Origin: Octopus vulgaris
Lineage: Eukaryota
DNA: 64,000 nucleotides
Assembly: GCA_951406725.2 (NCBI GenBank)
Contig: OX597814.1
Location: 113,708,001-113,772,000, forward strand
Reading direction: 5' to 3'
Under the pieces are notes generated by a model. It was not told the DNA's origin. It was given only the letters and a program-made list of their open reading frames with translations, and searched no databases. Position 1 is the stretch's first letter; the number at the start of each line of letters is the position of its first letter. Made by a program: the position numbers and the translations under genes. Shown here piece by piece: positions 1 to 14,606 of this stretch.

Positions 1-422
1 GTTAAGCAATAGTTAATCTAGATCAGATACGAAATAGAGAGTGAAGTAGCGGAATGAAAATAGATGTGAGATATGCAGGGATATTGCATTTGTAGAGCCA
101 TTATTTAGGTAGAATGGTATACATATAAGATTCTAATACCTTGTGAGTAAATTCCAACGATATTTAAAAATTGGTCATTCTAAGTATAGAGTTTGTACAC
201 AGTGCAATAAAATAAATAAAACTCTTGATTCAATAGCACTGTGTACAAACTCAATACTTGGAATGACCAATTTTAAATACTACGCATCCTCTTCCGAGTA
301 AGTTTTATCTCTCTCTCTCTCTGTCTCTCTCTCTGATATATATATATATCTATATATATACATATATATATCTATATATGTATATATATATGTATATATA
401 TATATATGTGTAGGTATATATG

Positions 423-462
<40 letters not shown>

Positions 463-1347
463 CATACACGTTTACACACATACACACACGTTTATATATT
501 CGTTTTGCAAGATTCTTGATGTGAATTCGTGTGTTGAAACAGATATTGTTGTATTTGGGGATGGTCATGGTGTGTTTTCATTGGCTAAACTGGCAACATG
601 ACCATCCCCAAATACAACAATATATCTATACATATAAATTTGACATGGGCGATTCTTTCTTGTCTTGGGATCCACGGTCAAACGACTGGGTGGAATTGCG
701 CAAAAAATTACACAGATGTGTAGAATGATCCGGTGGTGATGCTGAGCTTTGTATTTTTTCATAGCTCCCATGATTAGTGAGATAATCTACTATAACAATA
801 CGGTTGTGTTTATGAATGAGAAAGGAATGCGTGATAGATGAATAAGGATGGAAGTGGCAATGTAATATTCTTTTCGTAGCTCCCATGGTTACCGAGATAA
901 TCTCCTATAATGATACTCTTGTGTTTATGAATGAGAAAGGAAGGGGTGATGATATACTTGGTAGTGGATGATGAAAATTGTACGCTGAAAAATAAATCAA
1001 GCAGCGCTTCAACTCTGCGTGAATATATGTGTGTGTGTATGTAAAAGGGGTGTATGTGAATGTGTGCGAGCGTGTGCGTGTGTGTGTGTTGTGCATGTGC
1101 GCGCGCAATGGAAGTGGGATGGATCGTCTTTGCTTGCTTAGTATTTGGGTTTATTTTTTGATTTGGTTGAATCTTGGTTGGTTTTCTTTTCTTGATGGTT
1201 AGTTATTTTAGCGTTTTGATAGAAAAAAGTCATTCTTATATAATTTTTTTAATGGAAGCGTGCCCAGAACAAGACGAATGCTTACACAGAGCAGGCTTCA
1301 CAGTCACATCATCCAAACCGACCGGGTGAAACCGGGCTTAGCTGCTA

Positions 1348-1461
<114 letters not shown>

Positions 1462-2690
1462 CTAAAGTGTAACACCGTAACCACTTCAGTGCTCACCTCT
1501 CCACCTTTACTGTGATCACCACGAAAATCTACAAGCGTGCAGGAACAGACTGGACAATAGGAAAAGTCTATGGTAAGCCATTGTATATGGGAGTGTGCAG
1601 TTTGGGCCTCGGTTTTGTGTAAGTAATGGTTTATAACTGGGCAGAAGGATTTCTGGGTTGTACCTCGATGTTCGGTTGACTTCGTGGTGGGTTAAGGACT
1701 GGTCGGTTTGAGGACAGCTGGAGTTACGAAACAACAAAAGAATCAAGTGTCATACTACGATGATTACCACCACCACCACCACCACCATCACGAGCAACAA
1801 CAATACCAGCAACAAAAACAACTGAAATCGCAGCAATAGCAACAGTTTTATTATTTTATTTATGCGCCCTTTTCAAGCCTAACCAGGCTCATGGGCTCGG
1901 TTTCCCGGTTTCTGTGGCTTATGTGTTCCTCCCAGTTGGACGGGACGCCAGTTCATAGCAGCGTTACTCAAGAAACAGGAAGAGAGAGTGAGAGAAAGTT
2001 GGGGTGAAAGAGTACAACAGGGATGGCCCCCCCCCTGCCGGAGCCTCGTGGAGCTTTAGGTGTTTTCGCTCAATAAACACACACAACGTCCGGTCTGGGA
2101 ATCGAAATCGTGAGTCCGCTGCCCTAACCACTGGGCCAATGCACCTCCACAATAGCAACAGTAGCAACACTATTACCGATGTTACCACTACCATCAATAC
2201 TGCAACATCAACGATGATCACCACCAACGTATCATCATCATCATCATCATCGTCGTCGTCATCATCGTTATCATCATCATCGTCTCCTCAACACCATGAG
2301 CACCACCGCCACCCCACCACCACCACCATGAGCACCACCGCCACCCCACCACCACCACCACCACCACCGCCACCGCAGTTATAACCATATTAACCATTGC
2401 CACTACCATAACGATCGCCATCACCGTCTCCATCTCTATCACCACGACCACCACTGCGTCATCATCATGACCACAACAACAACAGCAGCAGCAAGAACAA
2501 CAGTTGACAGTGTAATTTGAGCCGAGAGTGAGTCTATATCTAATCTCCACCTGTTTATTTAGTGAGATTAAAACACCAATAACTGGCTAATGTTGGTTAT
2601 GTACTGGCTGATGGCATGGTTATTGTTAGGGTGGTCGCGGCAGAGGTGGTGTCGATTTAGCACCAGCTGAGTCACCACCGAGCAGAACTT

Positions 2691-2776
<86 letters not shown>

Positions 2777-2853
2777 TTCCTTCATATGATACTAGGATAC
2801 AATTTGATTGAAATTTGATTGTTGTTTCTAGCTGCTGGTTTGCCCACGTAGTT

Positions 2854-2893
<40 letters not shown>

Positions 2894-3819
2894 GGTAGCC
2901 ACCACTGCGTGTATGGATGTATACCTGTGTTTCTTCGATTATTTGGATTAAAATTATTTGAATTAATTTGCAGAAAGAAAAACAAGGTTAAAAGTTAGAA
3001 AACAAATAGCGATTAACACTTCTCAAGAGCAGCTGGCGAATGTATTAATTTGATTTCTTATTCCAGACACGTGATTTTTGTTATACTCTGCAGTGCCTGC
3101 ATCCTGAGTAAATAAAAATTCCCGCCTCGGTCTCTTGATCTACGTTCTTCTACTCTATCACGCTGTCATCCATAAATAATTGTTATACTCTATTTACATG
3201 TGGTTTATATTTCTCGATAATTACTCCTTATTTGGAAACACTTGATATTTTGGCAATTTATTCACTCTAGTTAAAATTCAAATATTCACTATCGGGCATT
3301 TGTCTGGTACTAGGGCCACTGATTTGTTGTCGATGGCACGTCACTTTTTTGGGGAAAGAATTATAATCGTAAAGCATTCTCGGATAGCAGTATTACTACA
3401 CAGCACGGCTAGAGGAAGTGGTACTATCGTAAGGTGTCGAAACCGATGTGAAACCGATGTGTCGAAACCGATGTGACAAAGGGCGTGTCTCTCTATAAAC
3501 CTGAGTGTAAAATATAGTTCAAGCCATTATTCTTTATTTATGTTGCTCACTCTTCTGGAAAAAACATCCCATTTCCATTTTCTGCCCAAAATACTGGGAT
3601 GAACTGAACACTAAAATATCTATTGAAAAGAAAAACAATATTCATTAAAGAACCAAGGATCAAACATTCATAAAAACTGCGCAGCACTGGACTAAACCTA
3701 TCGCCATATTTAATTGCAACATTTCAACTTCTGATTCGTTTATCACCGGGGTTGATTATTCTTTTGGTCTCTAAATTTTTAAGACAGCAACAAGTAAAGT
3801 ATCAATACTACAATAAGTT

Positions 3820-4345
3820 TAAGGAGGTGACCTAGCAGAATCGTTAGCGCGCCGGGCGAAATGCTTAACGGTATTTCGTCAGTCGCTATGCTCTGAGTTC
3901 AAATTCAACCGAGGTCGACTTTGCGTTTCATCCTTTCGGGGTCGATTAAATAAGTACCAGTTACGCATTGGATATAATCGACTTAATCCGTTTGTCTGTC
4001 CTTGTTTGTCCTCTCTGTGTTTAGCCCCTTGTGGGTAGTAAAGAAGTAGGTACTTCGTCATCCTTTATGATCTGAGTTCAAATTCCGCCGAGGTCACTTT
4101 TGCCTTTCATCCTTTCGGGGTCGATAAAATAAGTACCAGTTGAACACTGGGGTTGATGTAATCAACTCATCCACTCCCCACAAATTGCTGCCCTTGTGGC
4201 AAATATTGAAACCATTATTTTCGTTACGTTCTGATTTCAAATTCCGCCGAGGTCGACTTTGCCTTTCATCCTTTCGGGGTCAATGAATTAAGTACCAGTT
4301 GCAATCGACTTAATTGCTGGTCTTGTGCCAAAATTTGAAACCGTT
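3820..4345 (+). mobile_element. tRNA-derived SINE family B, multimeric copy
   Basis: Repeated GTTCTGAGTTCAAATTCCGCCGAGGTCGACTTTGCCTTTCATCCTTTCGGGGTCGATAAAATAAGTACCAG core (x3). Other copies lie near 10665, 12815, 15410-15770 and 29935. Confidence 0.85.
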
Positions 4346-4454
4346 ATAATAACTGGTCTTGTTAAGATAAATGATTCTTCATCAAACTGTCAGAGGGCGC
4401 TAAGATCGTGGAATCAATATATCTTCTGTACAATTGTCCTCAGTGTTCTGTGGT

Positions 4455-4837
4455 ATTCTTTTATTTGTTTGTCATTTGACTGCGGCCATGATGGAGCACA
4501 GCCTGTAGTCAAGTAAATCGATCCCAGGACTTATTCTTTGTAAACCTAGCACTTATTCTATCGGTCTCTCTTGCCGAACCGCTAAGTGACGGGGACGTAA
4601 ACACACCGCCATCGGTTGTCAAGCGGTGTTGGAGGGACAAACACAGACATGTAAACATATACATACTTATATATATACGACGGGCTTCTTTCAGTTTCCG
4701 CCTACCAAATCCACTCACAAGGCTTTGGTCAGCCCGAGGTTATAGTTGAAGACACTTGCCGATGTTGCCACGCAGTGGTACTGAACCCGGAACCACGTGG
4801 TTAGTAAGCAAGCTACATACCACACAGCCACTCCTGC
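4455..4837 (-). mobile_element. tRNA-derived SINE family A (representative full copy)
   Basis: Head GCAGGAGTGGCTGTGTGGTA...GGTTCAGT (A/B-box-like), internal (TA)n and AAAAGAAT tail. Other copies or pieces lie near 8313, 11725, 12600, 15150, 18730-19170, 19986/25360, 31805-32230, 45300, 49590, 54955-55360 and 57752-58088. Confidence 0.85.
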
Positions 4838-5647
4838 GATTATGATATTTTCTTTGTAGAGTCAACGAAAGGACCTTCACATGGTCATTGGGCATGTTAG
4901 AAACAGCAGCTAAAATTTTCCCAAAGCAACACCTTTCTGTCTTAGAACGAAGGATAATCTTGCTGCAAAATGATTTGGGATGGTTTGAATGGAGCACTTT
5001 GACCACAGTTTGGCCTTGTGAATCTGACATGACAAGATGCCAACAACAACAGCTATTGTTGTGATTGTGTAAAATCACAGAGAACATCTAAAATAAAGTC
5101 TTGGATACATTTCAGCAAAATGATGGAGGGTGGACATAGATAGACCGCTATGATCATATATGGGTTTACATGATCAGACATGACATGAAGCCCAACAAGA
5201 CAACAATAATAGCGATGAAAACAGCTGCTCTTGTTGTCATTGTTCTGTAGAATTACCAACAGTTAAAAAGACATCTACGCACTTGTATCTTTCTACCTCC
5301 GCCTTTTCATATATAGCTCTATTTTCCGTAATCTTCCCATGTGGTCCGAGCCGTACAAACGAATCATAAACCAACAGCAGAGTTTCTTACTAAGAGAATT
5401 CCCAGGCGTGAACTGTCATCGAATTTACCCTCACACATCCCGATATATATATATATTTGACAAGTCACAAGCTACACGTGTACGTTTTCCTTTGATTTCT
5501 CAGCCATCTCCCTTACATTGCTTATTTCTTCCTTATACATCCTTTGTTTTCAGGTCTTTATGTATATTTATACACATATATACACACGCTATATATATAT
5601 ATATATGTACATATGTATATATGCATGTATGTGTGTGTATATATATG

Positions 5648-5680
<33 letters not shown>

Positions 5681-6087
5681 GTATATGTATATATATATAT
5701 ATGTATATATATGTGTATATGTATATATACATATGTATATATACATATATATATATGTATATATACATGCATGTATATACATGCATGTAGATAAACGTAA
5801 GTGTATATATACAGGCGAAGGCACACCCATACATGCATAAGTGTTTGTGTGTGTTTATATAACTACATGTATACAAACATGTATACATATATGCATATAT
5901 CTATTTATATATGTTTACATGAACACATGTGTGTATATGTATGATCATGCATGTATGTATAATACTTGTATTCATACATATATACACTTATATATACGTA
6001 TCTATACATGTACAAATGTATATGTATATGCATGTACACACACACACACACACGCGCGCATACATACATGCATTCCTAGATATACAA

Positions 6088-6126
<39 letters not shown>

Positions 6127-6227
6127 AGGATGTGTATACAACGATAAACAAACACGTATCTTTCTGTACATCTAAAGAGAGACACATAAGGTCTTTGTAA
6201 CTCTGTCTGTATGTCTATCGCATCGCG

Positions 6228-6281
<54 letters not shown>

Positions 6282-6408
6282 ATATATGTGTGTGCGTGCG
6301 TGCGTATCCAGATACGCATTCACATTAAGTCATATATGTATATGAGTGTGTGTGTGTGTATATATATACACACACACTCATACGTGTGTGTGTGTACTTA
6401 CATGTATG

Positions 6409-6455
<47 letters not shown>

Positions 6456-6935
6456 GTGTGTGCGTGCGTTTTTGTGTGTATACACATTTATTCTCACGTA
6501 TATTTGCGGAAGTTTTTGCAATATTGACTCATAAGTGATCTCCCAGGCTCTGTCCCTCTCACATATACATACATACACACAAACGTACATACGTACATAC
6601 ATATACCCATGCATACACACACTCACACACACTCACATACATATATGTACCTATATAGACTGATCCCATGAAAGGGGTTTTGTATTCCGTTGGCTATATA
6701 TTCGTGAATTGTAATCCAATAAAATTTAGTAAGGAAAAAAAAAAAAAACAACAAACGAAAAAACAAAAACAAACACCCTTACCACACACACACACATACA
6801 CACACACACACACACAGAGAAGGACTCATGTTCTTGAAAAAGGGCGAACAGGATCAGCCATATTTAAATCAGATTGCAATGAACTTGTATAGCACAATAG
6901 ACTGTTTATGGAACTGTTTTAGATGTGTAGAATGA

Positions 6936-6988
<53 letters not shown>

Positions 6989-7146
6989 GTGTGTGTGTGT
7001 GTGTGTCTAGCAAAGAAGACACAAACACAAACATACATTCTGTTAACTGTTTCAAGCGGGACACAACGTCATGTAGTACTTATCTCCCCTTCAAATCTCT
7101 GAGGTTTCCTCCTTCAACGTTGTTTCTGTCTATTGTATTTTTGCTG

Positions 7147-7321
7147 GTCGTCGTTCTTTTGTTTAATTCTTCTTCTTCTTCTTCTTCTTCTTCTTCTTCT
7201 TCTTCTTCTTCTTCTTCTTCTTCTTCTTCTTCTTCTTCTTCTTCTTCTTCTTCTTCTTCTTCTTCTTCTTCTTCTTCTTCTTCTTCTTCTTCTTCTTCTT
7301 CTTCTTCTTCTTCTTCTTCTT

Positions 7322-7377
<56 letters not shown>

Positions 7378-7478
7378 CATCATCGTCATCGTCGTCGTCG
7401 TCGTCGTCATCATCATCATCATCATCATTATTATTATTATTATTATTATTATTTTAATTTTTATTATTATTATTATTA

Positions 7479-7514
<36 letters not shown>

Positions 7515-7552
7515 TATTATTATTATTATTTTTATTATTATTTTTATTATTA

Positions 7553-7609
<57 letters not shown>

Positions 7610-7635
7610 CATCATCATCATCATCATCATCATTA
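7147..7635. repeat. Compound trinucleotide microsatellite (TCT)n-(TAT)n-(CAT)n
   Basis: Directly visible; source of spurious poly-S/Y/I/L ORFs. Confidence 0.97.
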
Positions 7636-8045
7636 TTTCAGTTGTTGCCGTTGTCGTTGTGGCTTTCAGGGTTGGTAATTTTTTTTATTTACTGTTTATT
7701 CAAGACTAGAATAGGGAGTTTGTTTATAAGATTATGGATACTCACATAAAACAAGCACGGAGAAAACACGTGCTAGCCAAAACACGTCCGCACACACACA
7801 CATACGTACACAGACACTTCTATCTGTCTAGCCATCTCTCTCTCTTCCCCCCTTCTCTCTCTCACATGCATATGTTTCTTTTCATGTTCTGTTATAATAA
7901 AAACAATTTTTCATTAATCTGATGGCCGACTCTGTACTTTTGTAGAGTAAAAATTTATCATTCTTAAACAAGAATATTGTTGACAGTGACTTCGAAGTTT
8001 CGGGCAGTTAAGCCATCGTTTGCTAACAATATTCTTGCTTGAGAA

Positions 8046-8097
<52 letters not shown>

Positions 8098-8099
8098 CC

Positions 8100-8305
8100 A
8101 TTCTGTCCGACAGTCGCCATAATAGATCGGTAGCCACTACACACATTTTTTTCTCTCCTTGTCTCTCTCTGTGTCCCTTTCTGTAGAAGAGCGTAGGCTC
8201 GAAACGTAAAAGACTTTCAATTCCTGAGCGTTATACTAATACATCTGTTTGTTTTGTACACCGCCTGTCTTCGTCTTTTGTTTTTTTTTTCGTGAACTCT
8301 CCCTA
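8100..8305 (+). mobile_element. Solo, diverged PLE pseudo-LTR fragment with hammerhead-like motif at 8177-8212
   Basis: Aligns by eye to the reverse complement of 20175-20380. Contains CTTT-CTGTAGAA-GAGC(GTAG)GCTC-GAAAC-GTA-AAAG and ends in (TA)n. Confidence 0.75.
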
Positions 8306-8424
8306 TATATATAGGCGCAGGAGTGGCTGTGTAGTAAGATGCTTGCTTCCCAACCACATAGTTCCAGGTTCAGTCACACTGTGTAGCGCCTTGACCAAGT
8401 ATCTTCCACTATAGCCTTGGAAGT

Positions 8425-8772
8425 AACGTGTGTAGCGTGTGATCGTCACATGACAGAGACAGTTGAAAGTGACCGTGACAGAGAAAGTTGAGCAGAGAAA
8501 TCTACATTAAATTTTGTTAAAAGCTTGGCGATATCGGTTCAGATGCCTATGCAAAGTTTTCAAAAAGTTTTCATCGTTCTCGACACAATCAAAGAGATCT
8601 TGTGCAACTGAAACCCGAGTGTCTTTTTGGTCAGGTAAAAGCAGTTTTGGCAGAAGCCTGGTAGACACGTGTCTCATACCTAAATCTTCTGTAATAATTG
8701 ACTGAACTAAACCGTAACTAATCTGCACATCCTCTGATAACTCACGGATGGTGATTCGACAACTTCCCCTCA
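8425..8772. pseudogene. Rearranged mariner transposase remnants
   Basis: The plus strand gives EQR..IKFC*KLG (N-terminus). The minus strand gives RITIRELSEDVQISYGLVQSIITEDLGMRHVSTRLLPKLL...QK (HTH and WVPxxL-like region). Confidence 0.8.
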
Positions 8773-9382
8773 TGAGGTCTGATCAATAAGTATCTGGACT
8801 GTTGTCATAGTAACGAAGCTAAAGCACGCAGTGTAAAGCTGCTTGGCAAAGGTTAATCTTCAACTCTGCTATGCATATGCACTAAGTTTTAACGTTCTAG
8901 CTCACTTCTGCTGTTTACGGCAGAACTTGGAAGGAGGGTGTGTAGCGTGTGATCGTTGCATTGACAATAACAAGGAAAGTTGTCATGGCGATATCTGCCA
9001 TGTTTTTCTCAGTTCTGCTGGTTGCAGGGCTTTCAGAAAGTTCATCGATATCGACATTTTTCGGCCATCTTGGAAACATCTGAACGACACGAACACTTAT
9101 GTGCGGCTCATACACTCCTCTCTATATACTTTCTGCAACGTTGCATAGGCCTCTGAGCAGGTATCGCCATGATATGTTTCCCTGTCATGGTCAATGCAAT
9201 GATCACAAGCTACACACCTTCCTTCTAAGTACTGCCGTAAACAGCAGAAGCAAGCTAGAACGTTAAAACTTAGTGCGTATGCCTAGCAGAGTTGAAGGTT
9301 AACCTTTGTTAAGCAGCTTTACTCTACGTGCTTTAGCTTCGTTATTACGGCAATAGCCCGGATACTTATTGATCAGACCTCG
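8773..9382. mobile_element. Mariner-derived MITE with long (~200 bp) inverted ends
   Basis: YGAGGTCTGATCAATAAGTATCYGG at 8773 and its reverse complement ending 9382, followed by TA. Confidence 0.85.
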
Positions 9383-9434
9383 TATTAGTATGGTGACATA
9401 GTATGATGAGAATAGACATGCCTATACCTCTAAA

Positions 9435-9832
9435 TCTCTCTATATAAAGCTGAAGTTGTCTGTGTATGGCAGGTTTGGTAGCCTTCAACTAACACCATCA
9501 TCTCCGAGACCCTGCGGCGCAAGTTGACCAAAATTGAAAGTATGATAGAAGAAGGCTTGTTCTTCATTCCGTAGAAGGAAAAATTCAAATCGGACCATAT
9601 TAACACCAAAAATTATTTACATCAAAAAGGTACTTTTTTTCTATGAAAATCCCTATTTTTTTTACAATTTTTTGACTGCTGTGTCTCCATTTCTCGGTGT
9701 ATTTCAACCAGAAAAATGTTCACTTAAAGAGAATAACAAGCTACATAATGCAAAATTTTTACTTTTCAAAAATTTCAATTCTAAAGGCTCGAAAAGAAAA
9801 CAAACCCGAGCAACGCCGGGCTGTACTGCTAG
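9435..9832 (+). mobile_element. Non-autonomous Helitron
   Basis: A|TCTCTCTATATAAAG 5' end; 3' hairpin CCCGAGCAACGCCGGG and CTAG|T end. Confidence 0.82.
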
Positions 9833-9959
9833 TTTGAGTATAAAATTGGGCTTCGACAATGTAAAGTGTTTGCATAAGAAGTTCATAGTTTAAGTCTGCT
9901 CTCCTTTTCTTCATAGGAGTAGACTGACTTGTAGTGGTCTTCGTCCGTCGCCAGATTTA

Positions 9960-10542
9960 TCAGCACCACCTGCCCTTGGGCACTTGTGTGCATTACCTGT
10001 TCGGGACAAACTCTTTAGGCATGGTGCTTCAGCCATGCCAATTTGTCCAAGATGCGATCAGGACAATGAAACTGTCCTGCACGCAATTGTGCAACGTCCG
10101 AAGATATCGGAACATTTGGGTTTATGTCGAACAACTGTTGTCGCATCTGAGTACAACTGTCAACCGAGTCTATAATTAAGATTGTTCCGCCGTCTTCCTT
10201 CTATAGGTAAGAGTAGGCTTGTTTCCGCTGGGTAGTAGCTACCGCGAAGGAGGCAGTGTGGAAGACGAGAGTGAAAGGGATCGTGACAGGCGCTTTCATT
10301 TCCAGCCTTTTCATCTCCAGCAAGAGCGTTGAGAGTAAATGAACTTGTTTGAGCGAGAAATTAAAGAATCAACCAAAGGATTCAGTGTTAGCATGTGGTT
10401 TGTGGGGTTGCCCACGTACCTCACTTCTCATCCGAATTTTATACTTATTTATCATTGATTATATGTTCCATTCGTCCCCCGACCCCTTGTCTGTCATTGT
10501 ATCGGCCACTCTATTTTTTTGACCTTTATGGTTAATAAAAAA
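9960..10542 (+). pseudogene. L1/Tx1-type LINE 3' remnant (zf-RVT-like zinc finger)
   Basis: ALPVRDKLFRHG...PICPRCDQDNETVLHAIVQ; AATAAA and A-rich end near 10534-10542. Confidence 0.65.
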
Positions 10543-10829
10543 GACAGACTTGTAGTTGAGTTTAAACTTTTTGATTCAAACAAAATAATTATTCTCGTTT
10601 ATATTATAATAACAATTACGCGGTAAATTCTAATTAGATGGTAAAATTAATTAGGAAGTTGGAGACGTTGAGCTGGCAGAACCGTTTGCTCACCGGACAA
10701 AATGCTTAACGGCATTTCGTCCGTCTTTACGCTCCAAGTTCAAATTCTGCCGCGGTCGATCAAATAAGTACCAGTTGAGCACTGGGGTCGATGTAATTAA
10801 CTTACCCCTCCCCCGAAATTATTGGCCTT

Positions 10830-11262
10830 ATGTCAAAATTTGAAGTCAATATTAATTGGAAGGTAGATTTAATGGACGATTAATTTAATTACGTAGATTT
10901 AATTAAGCGGTAGATTTAAGAGCTAAGTTTGTTGATTTAATTAGTTTGTTGATATAATTAAGATGCTGATGTAATAGGATGACTGATATAATTGCGTGGT
11001 ACACTTAATTAGATGGACGATTTAATTAAGCGGTAGAATTAATTGAGTGGAAGATTTAATTGGCTGATTGATTTAATTGGGTTGTAGATGTAAGTAATTG
11101 GTAGAGGTGATGGCATAATTGATTAAATTCAGTGGTAGACTTAATTAGATGTTTGACTTAATTGGATTATTGAATTAATTGGAAGATAGATTTGACTAGG
11201 TGAAAGATTTAATTAAGTATTAGTCCTAATTATTTGGTAGACTTAATTAACTAGTAGACTTT
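10830..11262. repeat. Degenerate AT-rich minisatellite (GATTTAATT-type units, ~20 bp)
   Basis: Recurring GATTTAATTA/GACTTAATT motifs throughout. Confidence 0.6.
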
Positions 11263-11364
11263 ATCCGTCTACTAGTCAAACGGTACAATTATGGATCTTT
11301 TGTGCTTTTAACGGAGACCAACTGTGCTGCAGGTAACCTGTCTTTCCCTGTATATACGACTTCA

Positions 11365-11590
11365 CAAGCCTAAATTTATGGCCTCCTAATTCCCACCATT
11401 GTAATTCCACAGATTGCTATGTGTGGGGCGCGATTGAGAAAGACACGAAGCACTCTGCCTGCAACGCTAAGACCGAACGTGTAGCCAAGATCAATGTCTT
11501 CGAAGATGCTCTCAGGGACAGAGTAAGGAACACAGATGCAAAGTTCCGGAGCCGTCATCGGAGCCGAGGGCAGCTAATTTGAATAAACAG
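11365..11590 (+). pseudogene. Tc1/mariner-superfamily transposase C-terminal remnant
   Basis: Translates LWPPNSHHCNSTDCYVWGAIEKDT, a degenerate WPPxSPDLNPxDxxVWG motif, and later AVIGAEG. Confidence 0.65.
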
Positions 11591-11959
11591 TTATCTTCGA
11601 GCTATAATTCTAGTTGTGATTTCTTGATATTCAATAATTTTTGGATGGGAGATGTGTTTTCTTTGCCTTTTATGCAAAACTGTCAAATTAAACCCGAACA
11701 TCCTGTATATTCTCATATTCTTTAATTCTTTTATTCTTTTATTTGTTTCAGTCATTCGACTGCGGCCATGCTGGAGCACCGCTTTTAGTCGAACAAATCG
11801 ACCCCAGGACTTATTCTTTGTAAGCCTAGGACTTATTGCATCGGTCAGTTTTGCCGAACCGCTTCGTCGCAGGGATGTAAGCACACCAACATCGGTTGTC
11901 AAGCGACGGTGAGGGGACAAACACACACACACAAATATATATATATATATATATATACA

Positions 11960-12270
11960 TCACCGTGATCACCGTGACCGATCAGGCTATCAGATCTTGT
12001 TACACATCGCTGGTCACAATGAACTTCGCATTGTTTTAGCCTCCAAATGACGCCATCCCGCTGGCTAAGCGAGCAGGCCAACAGAACAAAGAGTGAGAAA
12101 AAGTTGTGCCGAAAGAGTACAGCAGGGTTCTCCACCACCCCCTGCCGGAGCCTCGTGGTGCTCTAGGTGTTTTCGCTCAATAAACACTCACAACGCCCGG
12201 TCTGGGAATCGAAACCGCGATCCTACGACCGCGAGTCCGCTGCCCTAACCACTGGGCCATTGCGCCTCCA
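11960..12270 (-). mobile_element. tRNA-derived SINE family C
   Basis: Minus strand GGAGGCGCAATGGCCCAGTGGTTAGGGCAGCGGACTCGCGG...GGTTTCGATTCC. Related copies at 1865-2149 (-) and 42895-43190 (+). Confidence 0.82.
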
Positions 12271-12543
12271 CATATATATATGTGCAGAGCTGGGCGTAAG
12301 TCCGTTAATCTGTTAAGCGTTAATTAACGAAGTTAACATTTTCGATGGCTTTTTTGAGGGTATTATTTTTATTTGAATCTTAACAATATTTACAATCACT
12401 GTAATCATTATTATTAAGATACAAATAAAAATTATCCCCACAAAAAAGCCATCTCTACTCATACTTTCAAATATATATAATACTGTACCAAGAACTTTCT
12501 CTTTACTATTTTACACACACATATATATATGTGTGTGTGTGTT

Positions 12544-12597
<54 letters not shown>

Positions 12598-13402
12598 CAT
12601 ATAGACACGACAGGCTTCTTTTGGTTTCCGTCTACCAAGTCTATTCACAAGGTTTTGGTCAGCCCAAGGATATAGTAAAAGGCACTTGCCCAAGGTGTCA
12701 TGCAATGGGACTGAACCTGGAACCATGTTGTTGGGTAGCAAGCTTCTTACCACACACCCATATGTTGATTCACCGGGACTCGATTACTGAAGCTAATATG
12801 GAAGTGTAGAGTAAGGCGTCTGAAGCGTTAGCATGCCGAACAAAATGCCTGGCGGTATATCGTCCGTCTTTAAGTTCTGAGTTCAAATTCTACCGTCATT
12901 TCGGGGTGGATAAGGTAAGTACCAGTTGGACCCTGGGGGTCATCGTAATCATCTTAACCCCATCCTAGAATTTGCCGGCCTTGTGCTGAAATTTGAAAGC
13001 TATACCTGAACGAACTTTTTGGTCCACAGATTGAACTCTTGTTTCATTCGTATCCGGTCAAAACTGTTACAGGTTCAATTCCTAGCACAAATATGTACCC
13101 TTTAAATGTACTGGGAGAGCGGTGCGATGGTGGGGGCTACCATGCTGAATAGCTGTGTCGACGTATGTTGCAGCAGTGCAGCTCGTTACAGTGGAAAATC
13201 GCATAAGGGAACATTGCGTATTATCAAAACTGCAGTACGGTGCTTTCTGAAACCTGTAAATCTCTTGGGAGCCCGTCTTGTATTCCCTTTCCGTTATAAA
13301 CCTTGCGATATATTCAACCACTCAGTCTGCAGTATTTTTGAGTAACATGTGGGAATAAAAGTAGTGAAATATTTTATTCATTTGAGAGTGCACATGCGTG
13401 TG

Positions 13403-13451
<49 letters not shown>

Positions 13452-13510
13452 ATGCATGCATGCTTATATATAAATGTACATGTATATACACATATGCATA
13501 TATATATATA

Positions 13511-13559
<49 letters not shown>

Positions 13560-13657
13560 GTGTGTGTATATATATATATATATAATCATGTATAAATATA
13601 TTTGTGTGGGTGGTTAGAGAATGTGCATTTTAGCGTATACATATGTATATGCATATA

Positions 13658-13734
<77 letters not shown>

Positions 13735-14523
13735 ACACACCACATAAACATAACCCCCACGCGCGCGCGCGCACACATGTACCCATATATATATACATAT
13801 ATACATACATACTCGCACACATATTCTTACGGTCGTCCATGCATATATATATACACACACACACACATACACAAAATCACAGATATACACACGCATACCC
13901 ACACACGCTCGCACACACATGTATAGAAAGTGTGTAGGAAGGTCTATGTACGTGGTGGTGGTGGTGGCGGCGGTGTAAGATAGCAAGGATACTTCGAATA
14001 ACTTATGTCAAATCAGATATTACAAATGATACATTATTTCTACCCGGCTATCTTTGCCCGTCAAGCTTATCTCATTCATACATACTTATGGTGAAAAAGA
14101 AACTCTACTTCATTATCATGCACTGACGTTACTACTTACTATTGTCAAAACGAGCAATGAGCCAACGAGCCAGCGAGGAAGCCCTGACGCAGTCACTCAC
14201 TGTGCTAGAAGAAGCAGCTAAATTGTTTTCCAATCGCATGATTCTGTGAGCAAGTATTTTCTACTCTCCCGCGACAATCGCGGGTGTTACGTTCCAAAAC
14301 TCCCAGCGATAGGGGAAAATCCGCGAAGCAGAAACAGTACTATATATTTTTTTGTTATTTTTATAATTTGTATTTATTTATTGGTTGTATACTGTCAACT
14401 TAACATGACAGTAAGGGAATTACTCCACCGCTGTTTAGCCCTAGGAAACATCGACGCTTCCTGTCGGCCTCGAAACATTTGCTGTGTCCTTATATATTTA
14501 CGAAGGGGAGACAAATACCCCCA

Positions 14524-14606
14524 ACAGCTAGGCCTGCATCTAGAGACACGCATGTTTCAGGGTCTTTGCCCATCATCGGTCTAGAGTAGCAGAAGCCTGC
14601 TAGCTG
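14524..14606 (-). ncRNA. Type I hammerhead ribozyme (U4C variant) with extended stem I
   Basis: Minus strand: TCTAGA-CCGATGA-T-GGG(CAAAGA)CCC-T-GAAACA(TGCG)TGTC-TCTAGA. Stem I extends through CAGCTA/TAGCTG. The cleavage triplet is GUC. Confidence 0.72.

Noticed and set aside
12190-12270. tRNA-like sequence
   Set aside because: It is the head of a multi-copy SINE continuing into a shared body; no complete cloverleaf was verified.
14395-14492. GAAACA...TGTC on the plus strand as a second hammerhead
   Set aside because: No CUGANGA-like core upstream.
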